Position numbers and translations under genes: made by a program. A stretch of DNA of 64,000 bases from Oxalobacteraceae bacterium (GTDB taxonomy: Bacteria; Pseudomonadota; Gammaproteobacteria; Burkholderiales; Burkholderiaceae_D), in assembly GCA_947448025.1 (NCBI GenBank), contig CANFLV010000004.1:77221-141220 (forward strand). The letters run 5' to 3'. The notes below the pieces were generated by a model. It saw only the letters and a program-made list of their open reading frames with translations, had not been told where the DNA came from and did no database searches. This document shows, in pieces, positions 18,141 to 25,312 of the stretch. How positions within the stretch are numbered: position 1 is the first letter of the stretch; the number at the start of each line of letters is the position of its first letter.

Positions 18141-18944
18141 ATGACCACTGAACACGACTACATCACGCTGACGCTGTCCACCGACGCCCGCGGCGTCACG
18201 CGCGTCACGCTCGCGCGCGAAAAAACCCTGAATGCCTTCGATGAAACGATGATCGAGGAATTGACGCATGCCTTCACCGCCATCGCTACTTCAACGACTA
18301 CGCGGGTAGTCGTGCTCGCAGCAGAAGGACGCGCCTTCAGCGCCGGCGCCGATTTGCGCTGGATGGAGCGCGCCAGTCAGAATTCATTCGAAGCAAACCT
18401 CGACGATGCACGCCGCTTTGCCCGCATGATGCAGGTGCTGGCCGAATGTCCGAAGCCGGTGCTGGCGCGCGTGCAGGGCGCAGCCTATGGCGGCGGTGTC
18501 GGCCTGTGCTGCGCCTGCGACATCGTCTTCGCCACGCCGCAGGCACGCTTCGCCGTGAGTGAAGTCAAGTTCGGCATTCTGCCCTCCGTCATTGGCCCTT
18601 ATCTCACGAATGCCGTCGGCAAGCGCGAAGCCTTGCGTCTCGCGCTAACGGCTGAGCAGATCGATGCGGCACGCGCCTTGCAGATCGGACTGGTGCAGGA
18701 AATCGTCACGCTCGACGAACTCGATGCAGCGATAGAAAAAACCATCACGGCCTTGCTTATTAACGGTCCCGCCTCGCTCGGTGAAGTCAAGCAGCTCTAC
18801 GGCCAGCTTGCCGTAGGCCCCATCGATGCCGCCACGCGCGAATTGACGGCGCAAACGATTTCCCGCGTGCGCGCCACCGACGAAGCGCGCGAAGGCTTTG
18901 CCGCCTTTCTCGCAAAGCGTCCGGCGGCATGGGTCAAACAATGA
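18141..18944 (+). CDS. Enoyl-CoA hydratase/isomerase (crotonase family)
   Basis: Crotonase signature (FSAGADL..., GAAYGGGVGLCCACD). Start set at ATG 18141, 10 nt after the boxA stop. Confidence 0.85.
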   Translation: MTTEHDYITLTLSTDARGVTRVTLAREKTLNAFDETMIEELTHAFTAIATSTTTRVVVLAAEGRAFSAGADLRWMERASQNSFEANLDDARRFARMMQVLAECPKPVLARVQGAAYGGGVGLCCACDIVFATPQARFAVSEVKFGILPSVIGPYLTNAVGKREALRLALTAEQIDAARALQIGLVQEIVTLDELDAAIEKTITALLINGPASLGEVKQLYGQLAVGPIDAATRELTAQTISRVRATDEAREGFAAFLAKRPAAWVKQ

Positions 18945-20485
18945 ATACGACAGGGAATAACATGATGGAATGGCTGATCAATACGCGTCCGCTCGCGCAG
19001 CAAATCGTCGGCGTGATCGGCGCAGGTACGATGGGTGCAGGGATTGCGCAAGTCGCTGCCGCCGCCGGTCATCCGGTGCTGCTGATGGACGCGCGTGCCG
19101 GTGCAGCCGCCGATGCCCATGCGCGAATCGGCGCCGCGCTCGACGGCCCGGTCGCAAAAGGCCGCATGAGCGCGCAAGAGCGCAGCGACCTGCTGGCGCG
19201 CATCACGCCCGTCGAACAGTTGGCCGACCTGAAAGATGCCCTACTCGTCGTTGAAGTCATCATCGAACAGCTGCAAGCCAAGCAAAACCTGCTGCGCGAA
19301 CTTGAAACGCATGTCAGCCCGCAGGCGATCCTGGCGTCGAACACGTCCTCGATTTCCGTGACGGCACTGGCGAATGGCCTCGCGCATCCCGAGCGCCTCG
19401 TCGGCATGCATTTCTTCAATCCGGTGCCGCTGATGAAACTCGTCGAAGTCGTCTCCGGCGCCGAGACTGCCGTCGACGTGGCACAGCGCATTTTCGATCT
19501 GTCGGCCCTGTGGGGCAAGACGCCCGTGCATGCGAAATCGACGCCGGGCTTCATCGTCAATCGCATTGCGCGGCCGTTTTACGCCGAAGCGCTCGCCTTG
19601 CTGCAGGATCAGGCAGGCACACCGGCTGAACTCGATCGCCTCGTGCGCAGTGCAGGGTTTCGCATGGGACCGTGCGAACTGATGGACTTGATCGGCCACG
19701 ATATCAATTACGCTGTGACGACCTCGGTCTTTGACGCGAACTATGGTGACCGCCGGTTCATTCCCTCACTCGTGCAAAAGGCGCTCGTCGATGGCGGACG
19801 TCTCGGGCGCAAGGTCGGCAAGGGATTTTATGCCGGCACACCAGTCGCGCCAGTGGCAAGCGAAGGTCCTGCACTGTCAACATCCGTGATCGTCGCCGGT
19901 GACGGCGTCATGGCACAGCGCTTCGCGACGCATCTCGAAACCGCTGGCATTGCATTTTCGCGCGACATAAGCGCCGGCTGGAATGGCTTGAAGATCGCCG
20001 CAATTGAGCTGCATGTCACGGACGGTCGGACAGCAGCGCAGCTTGCCGCCCAGCGCGCAACGCGCCAGCTCGGCGTGATCGATTTGCCCTTGATCGCGAA
20101 CCCGGAGGCGGCGCTCGGCGTCACCTTTGCCGACAGCGTATCCTCAGATGAGCGCAGCGCAGTCAAGACGGCACTGGCCGCCTGCAAATTGCATCCGGTC
20201 GAATTGCGCGACGTGCCGGGACTGATCCTGGCGCGTACGATTGCCATGCTCGTCAATGAAGCCGCGGATGCGGTGTATCAGGGCGTCTGCGACGAGCGCA
20301 GTGCCGACCTGGCGATGAAACTCGGGACGAATTATCCGGCCGGTCCGTTTGTCTGGCTCGAACAATTCGGCGTCGATTATGTCGTCACGGTGCTCGGTCA
20401 CCTCGCCGATTTCCATCGTGGCGAACGCTACCGCAGCAGCCCGCTTTTGCAACAACGTTATTGGACGTCAAGGATTCCAGCATGA
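18941..20485 (+). CDS. 3-hydroxyacyl-CoA dehydrogenase (PaaH/PaaC-like, long form)
   Basis: GVIGAGTMGAGIA NAD-binding motif and 3HCDH domains. The ATG at 18941 forms an ATGA overlap with the upstream stop; the track start is 18929. Confidence 0.85.
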   Translation: MNTTGNNMMEWLINTRPLAQQIVGVIGAGTMGAGIAQVAAAAGHPVLLMDARAGAAADAHARIGAALDGPVAKGRMSAQERSDLLARITPVEQLADLKDALLVVEVIIEQLQAKQNLLRELETHVSPQAILASNTSSISVTALANGLAHPERLVGMHFFNPVPLMKLVEVVSGAETAVDVAQRIFDLSALWGKTPVHAKSTPGFIVNRIARPFYAEALALLQDQAGTPAELDRLVRSAGFRMGPCELMDLIGHDINYAVTTSVFDANYGDRRFIPSLVQKALVDGGRLGRKVGKGFYAGTPVAPVASEGPALSTSVIVAGDGVMAQRFATHLETAGIAFSRDISAGWNGLKIAAIELHVTDGRTAAQLAAQRATRQLGVIDLPLIANPEAALGVTFADSVSSDERSAVKTALAACKLHPVELRDVPGLILARTIAMLVNEAADAVYQGVCDERSADLAMKLGTNYPAGPFVWLEQFGVDYVVTVLGHLADFHRGERYRSSPLLQQRYWTSRIPA

Positions 20486-21303
20486 GCCATTCAATTTCCG
20501 TCAACACCACGAATTTCCGCGTCGAGATCGATGCGGCGGGCATTGCCCATCTCGTGTTCCAGCCGGTCGGCGGCATGCCGGTTACCGATGCCCAGGGACA
20601 TGGCGAACTGGCGTCAATCTGGCCGAAACTCGCCGCGCATCCCGAGGTCAAGGTCGTGCTCGTGCGCAGCGAGGGCAAGGCCTTCTGTGCCGGCGGCGAA
20701 ATGGCGATGGTCGAAGACATGCTCGACTCGGAACTCGCACGACAACGCGTCATGCAAGAGGCGCGCGACCTCGTGCGCAATATGCTCGCCTGCGATAAGC
20801 CGATCGTGTCGGCGATTCATGGTGCAGCCGTCGGCGCGGGTCTTGCTGTCGCCTTGCTGGCCGATATTTCCGTCGCGGCGCGCACGGCAAAGCTGATCGA
20901 CGGCCACACCAAGCTCGGCGTTGCCGCTGGCGATCATGCGGCCGTGATCTGGCCGCTGCTGTGCGGAATGGCCAAGGCAAAATATTACCTGCTGCTGTGC
21001 GACACCCTCAGCGGCGAAGAAGCCGAGCGCATCGGCCTCGTCAGCCGCGTGGTCGATGCCGAACACCTGCAGGCAGATGCGCTGCAGATTGCGACGCGCC
21101 TGGCTGCTGGTAGCCGCGCCGCGCTTGCCGGCACGAAGCGCTCGCTCAATCTCTGGCTGCATGCGGCATGGCCGGCATTCGAAGCTTCGCTGGCAGCGGA
21201 AATGATCGATTTCAGTCAGGCCGATGCGCGTGAAGGCGTGGCCGCGATCAAGGAAAAGCGAGCGCCAGAATTTGGCCGCACAGCTGCCGGGAAATCTGCA
21301 TGA
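20482..21303 (+). CDS. Enoyl-CoA hydratase/isomerase family protein
   Basis: Crotonase-fold motifs (FCAGGEM, HGAAVGAGLAVALLAD). ATGA overlap with the upstream stop at 20482-20485. Confidence 0.8.
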   Translation: MSHSISVNTTNFRVEIDAAGIAHLVFQPVGGMPVTDAQGHGELASIWPKLAAHPEVKVVLVRSEGKAFCAGGEMAMVEDMLDSELARQRVMQEARDLVRNMLACDKPIVSAIHGAAVGAGLAVALLADISVAARTAKLIDGHTKLGVAAGDHAAVIWPLLCGMAKAKYYLLLCDTLSGEEAERIGLVSRVVDAEHLQADALQIATRLAAGSRAALAGTKRSLNLWLHAAWPAFEASLAAEMIDFSQADAREGVAAIKEKRAPEFGRTAAGKSA

Positions 21304-21321
21304 AATTTGCATGAAATTTGC
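21297..21321. repeat. 11-bp tandem duplication TGCATGAAATT x2 (+TGC) spanning the stop codon of the last box-cluster gene
   Basis: Read directly: 21297-21307 equals 21308-21318. Confidence 0.85.
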
Positions 21322-21515
21322 CGCCCATGCGTCCCGGCGCTCGGCTTACGCTCGATGTCACCGTGCATGAATCGCGCATTTCAGCCTCCAGGCCAGAGCT
21401 TGGTATCGTACGCTGGCAATGGACAATGCAAAACCAGCGCCTCGAGCAAGTCCTCGATCTGGAAGCAACGAGCATGTTCAATCACATGAGCGGGATAAGC
21501 GGGACCCTACGATAA
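21318..21515 (+). pseudogene. 5'-truncated remnant of a MaoC-like (R)-hydratase / hot-dog fold gene
   Basis: The 65-aa frame (..RPGARLTLDVTVHESRISASRPELGIVRWQWTMQNQRLEQVLDLEATSMF) looks like only the C-terminal third of a ~150-aa MaoC dehydratase. It has no plausible N-terminal half and a TTG pseudo-start inside the duplication. Confidence 0.5.
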
Positions 21516-21809
21516 ACTTAGGTACTAATTTTCAAACTATCCTGGATGTCGATGGCAGGCCCGCCTTCATGACGGTGCGCTGCGAATCGCGCAGAGCACA
21601 CTGTCGGGATCCGTGAATGTTACACATTCACGCGACGAACAAAGACCACGCATGGTTCCTCCATTTGCCTGTTAGAAACGCGACACTTCGTGAGCCGATC
21701 GTATTTTTTCGCGAATTGGCACCGTGGCGCGGCGCAATTTTTCATTAATATAGAAAAACAGTGTTGGAAGGTATTTTTCCGGGAGTTAATCTGTTTAGGA
21801 GGAATTGCG

Positions 21810-22505
21810 ATGACTATACCCTTTAAAAAAATGGTCAATAAAATCGAAATCATTCATGAACTCGATTGCCGAGCCCAGGGAAAAATCGACACTTATATGC
21901 ATCGGCTGACCGAAATCAGCAGAGAAAGGAAGTCCCTGGTACAGCCTGAATGTCCCTGGGTCAAAGTGGGAAATTTGTTTGCCACGGTAACTTACTCCGG
22001 CAATGAATCCTGGGTTCCACTGGTAAAGTATTTACGCGAGATCGGGCACGACAGATTCACCATATTTGGCGGGCGCCACGGTGCACCAGAGGGCGACGGG
22101 GTCGCCATGACTACGGGACGGATCGCCAATGATGAAGTTTTTGTCCCGGAATATCATCTGGAAAATGAAATGCAGGCTAAAAAACTCGGCAAGACCAGTG
22201 CGTTTAGCCACCAAGACTGCTTCAGGCTAATTGATGTCAGCAAGCCCCTGTACCGACAGATTCCATATTTACGCCAAATGACGCTCGCGGAGCTCAATGA
22301 AGGTAGGACCGTCATCTATGCCTGGTGCTTTTCCCTGTCCGGCATGATGGAGTACGATGACGCCATATCACGGCAGGCTAAAGTTGATCATTATCGTGCC
22401 AGTATTGATAAAAGTATTGGGACCATTGTCCGCGAGACCTTCTCGTGGATACCACGCAATTCCGCCAGGGCAAATAGCCTGATCGCGAGCAGCGACAAGA
22501 AGTAA
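21810..22505 (+). CDS. Hypothetical protein, 232 aa, no family recognised
   Basis: The ATG at 21810 is preceded by AGGAGG; the track ORF begins upstream at 21690. AT-richer than the flanking DNA. Confidence 0.6.
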   Translation: MTIPFKKMVNKIEIIHELDCRAQGKIDTYMHRLTEISRERKSLVQPECPWVKVGNLFATVTYSGNESWVPLVKYLREIGHDRFTIFGGRHGAPEGDGVAMTTGRIANDEVFVPEYHLENEMQAKKLGKTSAFSHQDCFRLIDVSKPLYRQIPYLRQMTLAELNEGRTVIYAWCFSLSGMMEYDDAISRQAKVDHYRASIDKSIGTIVRETFSWIPRNSARANSLIASSDKK

Positions 22506-22589
22506 GGACGCCGTATCGTCCGCCTGGTTCAATCTGTATTGTCATTGCATACTGGGATGTACGTGCAAATCTAAGCACGATAATCCGCA

Positions 22590-22626
22590 TATAAAAATGC
22601 CCCCGAACTAAAACAGTTCGGAGGCA
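22590..22626 (-). terminator. Rho-independent terminator of the DsbA-like gene
   Basis: On the minus strand, stem TGCCTCCGAAC/GTTCGGGGGCA (one mismatch) is followed by TTTTTAT. Confidence 0.5.
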
Positions 22627-22657
22627 TCGCATTGCGTTTTCAGCGAAATCTTGTTGC

Positions 22658-23272
22658 TTAGCTATAGCTCGACACTTTCGAGTGCAGATAGTCGCGCAAC
22701 AAAGGCAATCTTTCGTGTCCTACGAACAATTCTGTTCCCACAGTAAAGCTAGGCTCGGCAAATACGTCAAATGCAATTGCGTCAGACAATGCCGATTCAT
22801 GCGCGAGGCTGGTGCGTGAGTCATGCATGCATACACGGAACAGTTCACGCGACAGACCTGCTCTTGCGGCTGCGTCCAGACACTCTTTCTCACCGACCAA
22901 GCGACCTTGCGTCGCGTGAATGTAATGCATCAGTTCAGTCGCAAATGGCTGACTTGCACTCATCACGCGGGCGGCTGTACAGGCCAGCGTCAAGACGTTT
23001 TTATCGACTGGGAAGCGGTCTGCTACTTCAACGAAATGCACCTTGTAATATTTTGCCCAACGTTGCACATCGCGCATGATGTAAGACGGCGAATTTTGGA
23101 TGCTGTTGATCTGATCTAGCGAGCGACCGCGGTTGCGCTTATCGCTCAACTTGTCAAAATTAATTGGTATCCAGTCGAAGATGACACCAGTCTCTTTCGA
23201 AATTTCTGCAAGTTGGGTTGATGCAAGGTAAGAATAGCGGCTAAGTGGGCAGAAGAAGAATTGTGCTTGCAT
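22658..23272 (-). CDS. 2-hydroxychromene-2-carboxylate isomerase / DsbA-like thioredoxin-fold protein (GST-kappa-like)
   Basis: The N-terminal FFFCPLSRYSYLA motif and C-terminal FAEPSFTVGTELFVGHERLPLL motif match the HCCA-isomerase/DsbA_FrnE pattern as I know it. Confidence 0.7.
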   Translation of the reverse strand: MQAQFFFCPLSRYSYLASTQLAEISKETGVIFDWIPINFDKLSDKRNRGRSLDQINSIQNSPSYIMRDVQRWAKYYKVHFVEVADRFPVDKNVLTLACTAARVMSASQPFATELMHYIHATQGRLVGEKECLDAAARAGLSRELFRVCMHDSRTSLAHESALSDAIAFDVFAEPSFTVGTELFVGHERLPLLRDYLHSKVSSYS

Positions 23273-23492
23273 GAAAAACCTTATGATTTGCAGGGGACGA
23301 TTGGCGTAATTTTAGTCGAATATTCTTCCCATCAAGAATAGCATGCCATTTCTTGACGGCAACATTGGCAAATAGTCTTAGGGCGTTACTGACGCTAGCG
23401 TGTTGGCGGTCGCTGCGATGACGGCAATCTTGCGTTGGCATTTGTGTGCCGTGTGCGTTGCGCGTGCCTTCCGCCTGACGAATTTGCGTCTT

Positions 23493-23528
23493 AAACGCAA
23501 AAGCCCGGACGATTTCTCGTTCGGGCTT
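23493..23528 (-). terminator. Rho-independent terminator downstream of tRNA-fMet
   Basis: On the minus strand: AGCCCGAACGA-GAAA-TCGTCCGGGCT (11-bp stem with one wobble) followed by TTTGCGTTT. Confidence 0.55.
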
Positions 23529-23535
23529 TATTGTT

Positions 23536-23612
23536 TGGTTGCGGGGACAGGATTTGAACCTGTGACCTTCGGGTTATGAGCCCGACGAGCTGCCAGACTG
23601 CTCCACCCCGCG
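23536..23612 (-). tRNA. Initiator tRNA-Met (tRNA-fMet, anticodon CAT)
   Basis: The reverse complement reads CGCGGGGTGGAGCAGTCTGGCAGCTCGTCGGGCTCATAACCCGAAGGTCACAGGTTCAAATCCTGTCCCCGCAACCA. It has a C1-A72 mismatch, three G-C pairs in the anticodon stem, a CAT anticodon and an encoded CCA, and is near-identical to E. coli tRNA-fMet. Confidence 0.95.
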
Positions 23613-23618
23613 GCGCGA

Positions 23619-23646
23619 AGTTTAACACAGATGCTGTAATTCGCAC
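23619..23646 (-). promoter_or_regulatory. Possible tRNA promoter (GTGCGA-16 nt-TAAACT, GC-rich discriminator)
   Basis: Minus-strand hexamers at 23646-23641 and 23624-23619. The -10 ends about 6 nt before the mature tRNA 5' end. Confidence 0.3.
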
Positions 23647-23952
23647 GGGGGGATTCGAAGATTTATTGAAATAGATCGTTGACCTTGCCTGTGCGTTTTG
23701 CGAGTGCCCTGAAGAAGCCCGCCAGCTGGCGCTTTACGCATTTTTACTGCGTTTCGTCAGATCAGAATTCGATTGCTACCGCAGGTTTCAGTGCAAAATT
23801 GGCAGGCCTGATAGACCTTGATGCTTGAAATATAATTTTTCGACACCATATTGAATAGTGTTCGCAGTGTTTGTTGCATACTTACATTATTAACAAAATT
23901 CATTATTTGCGAGTCGGAAACTATTAATTCGATGCTATAGTTCAATTTGTTG

Positions 23953-23972
23953 TTTTTTGAATATTCAAAAAA
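23953..23972. promoter_or_regulatory. Perfect 20-bp palindrome TTTTTTGAATATTCAAAAAA upstream of the small HTH gene
   Basis: Read directly; about 105 nt upstream of the ATG at 24077. Confidence 0.35.
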
Positions 23973-24076
23973 TAAAAATATGGAAATTTTTCGTAGTACT
24001 GGGAAACTTAACCATAGTCAAGGTGTCATCTGTTACATGTAGGTAGCTTCCTATTTTTTATTGAAGAGGAAAAATC

Positions 24077-24397
24077 ATGAGCGAGCACGCATTAGCAGGA
24101 CAAGAGTCATATGATCCAAATCGCCTTCTGGACACATTGCTTGAAAAAATGAATTTGAAAAATGATGCCGCCTTGTCGCGCGCCCTCGAGGTCGCACCGC
24201 CGGTCATCAGCAAAATCCGTCATCGGCGTTTGCCGGTCGGCGCCTCCTTATTGATACGCATGCATGAAGTATCAAACATGAGTATTCGTGACCTGCGTGA
24301 TCTGATGGGCGACCGCCGCACGAAATATCGCTTGAGCGATGCCCAAGGCAAGCCCAAGGAAGAAGAGGCGGGCGGTGAGTCAGCCGCGATGCATTGA
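24077..24397 (+). CDS. Small Cro/CI-like helix-turn-helix protein (106 aa)
   Basis: The segment LKNDAALSRALEVAPPVISKIRHRR has a helix-turn-helix pattern. AGAGGA lies upstream of the ATG. Confidence 0.6.
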   Translation: MSEHALAGQESYDPNRLLDTLLEKMNLKNDAALSRALEVAPPVISKIRHRRLPVGASLLIRMHEVSNMSIRDLRDLMGDRRTKYRLSDAQGKPKEEEAGGESAAMH

Positions 24398-24467
24398 TTC
24401 CTGCATGATTCGACGGGACTGACAGTGCAGGCAACACGCCAGCCACTGCTCTCCTGACCGACGCAAT

Positions 24468-24671
24468 TCAATGGACCGTCTTATTGTCTTGCGGCACACT
24501 GGGCCGACTCAGTTTGAACCTGAGTTCGGCGCCATGCTCGAGTTTTGCCAGCCTGACAAGGCTGCGCAGTGATTCACGGAAGATATGCCGGGTCTGAACT
24601 GACGCAGACTCGCCGCAGTTGATCATGACCATCGCTTCGATGATCTCATCTGAACGAAGTGGTAGCACCAT
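24468..24671 (-). CDS. Hypothetical small protein (67 aa)
   Basis: The ATG at 24671 is preceded by GGGAG (5-nt spacer). The longer track ORF (to 24776) lacks a ribosome-binding site. Confidence 0.4.
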   Translation of the reverse strand: MVLPLRSDEIIEAMVMINCGESASVQTRHIFRESLRSLVRLAKLEHGAELRFKLSRPSVPQDNKTVH

Positions 24672-24788
24672 GGTAGCTCCCTGAGAGACTGTCGTCTTGT
24701 GGGCGGGCTGAGTCTGGGATAAGCCCGCGCAATAATCCTTAATCCGACATTGAAAATCCTGTTTTAAAAAATGCAAATGATGCGCATC

Positions 24789-24995
24789 TCAGTGCGATGC
24801 GTTTTTTGTGCCATTACCCCACAGATGCTCGGTCGCAGCCAGATAGGCTTGCACGGCGTCGCATGCGGCTACCCGATTCGGTATTGTCGGTGTCTGCAGG
24901 ACACGGTCGAGTGCCGCGGTAGCCGCATCAGCCTGTGCCGTCACAGGCATCCACGATTCGCTTTCATGGACGCCATCAGGGCTTGGTGTTGGCAT
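24789..24995 (-). CDS. Hypothetical small protein (68 aa)
   Basis: The ATG at 24995 is preceded by AGGAG (6-nt spacer). The longer track ORF extends to 25082. Confidence 0.4.
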   Translation of the reverse strand: MPTPSPDGVHESESWMPVTAQADAATAALDRVLQTPTIPNRVAACDAVQAYLAATEHLWGNGTKNASH

Positions 24996-25312
24996 GTCAA
25001 TCTCCTGGTTTTGCGTTTGCTTAATGTGCCTTCGGGAAAGCGCGCAATCATGTCTGAAGCATTGCAAATAATTTATCTGCACGCTTGAACCGAATCTTAA
25101 AAAAACGGTCGTGTGTCATCTTGACTTTCCTCAATCGAATATCGTTCTTTTTGAGCGCTGACATTATTTTTCGGAAGTGTTGTCGGTGCTCGGCGACAAA
25201 TCAGACGCGCTCCTTATGCACAGCTGCTGTCGTTGCCATGACGGCAGGCAATGGCGGTTTGCGGTAACCTAGTCTGCTTAGTTCCAATTCCAATTTTTGA
25301 AAGTACGAGCGG

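Noticed and set aside
21419-21853. Short ORFs 21419-21616 (+) and 21620-21853 (-) between the MaoC remnant and the 232-aa orphan gene.
   Set aside because: They have no ribosome-binding sites, overlap each other's flanks and the better-supported 21810 start, and have implausible composition. The small palindrome GTGAATGT-TAC-ACATTCAC (21614-21632) is noted but is too short to interpret.
23536-25312. Integrated prophage or genomic island at tRNA-fMet.
   Set aside because: There is no integrase, excisionase or phage structural gene, and I found no direct repeat of the tRNA 3' end in the surrounding 4 kb. I kept it only as a compositionally odd patch (see findings).
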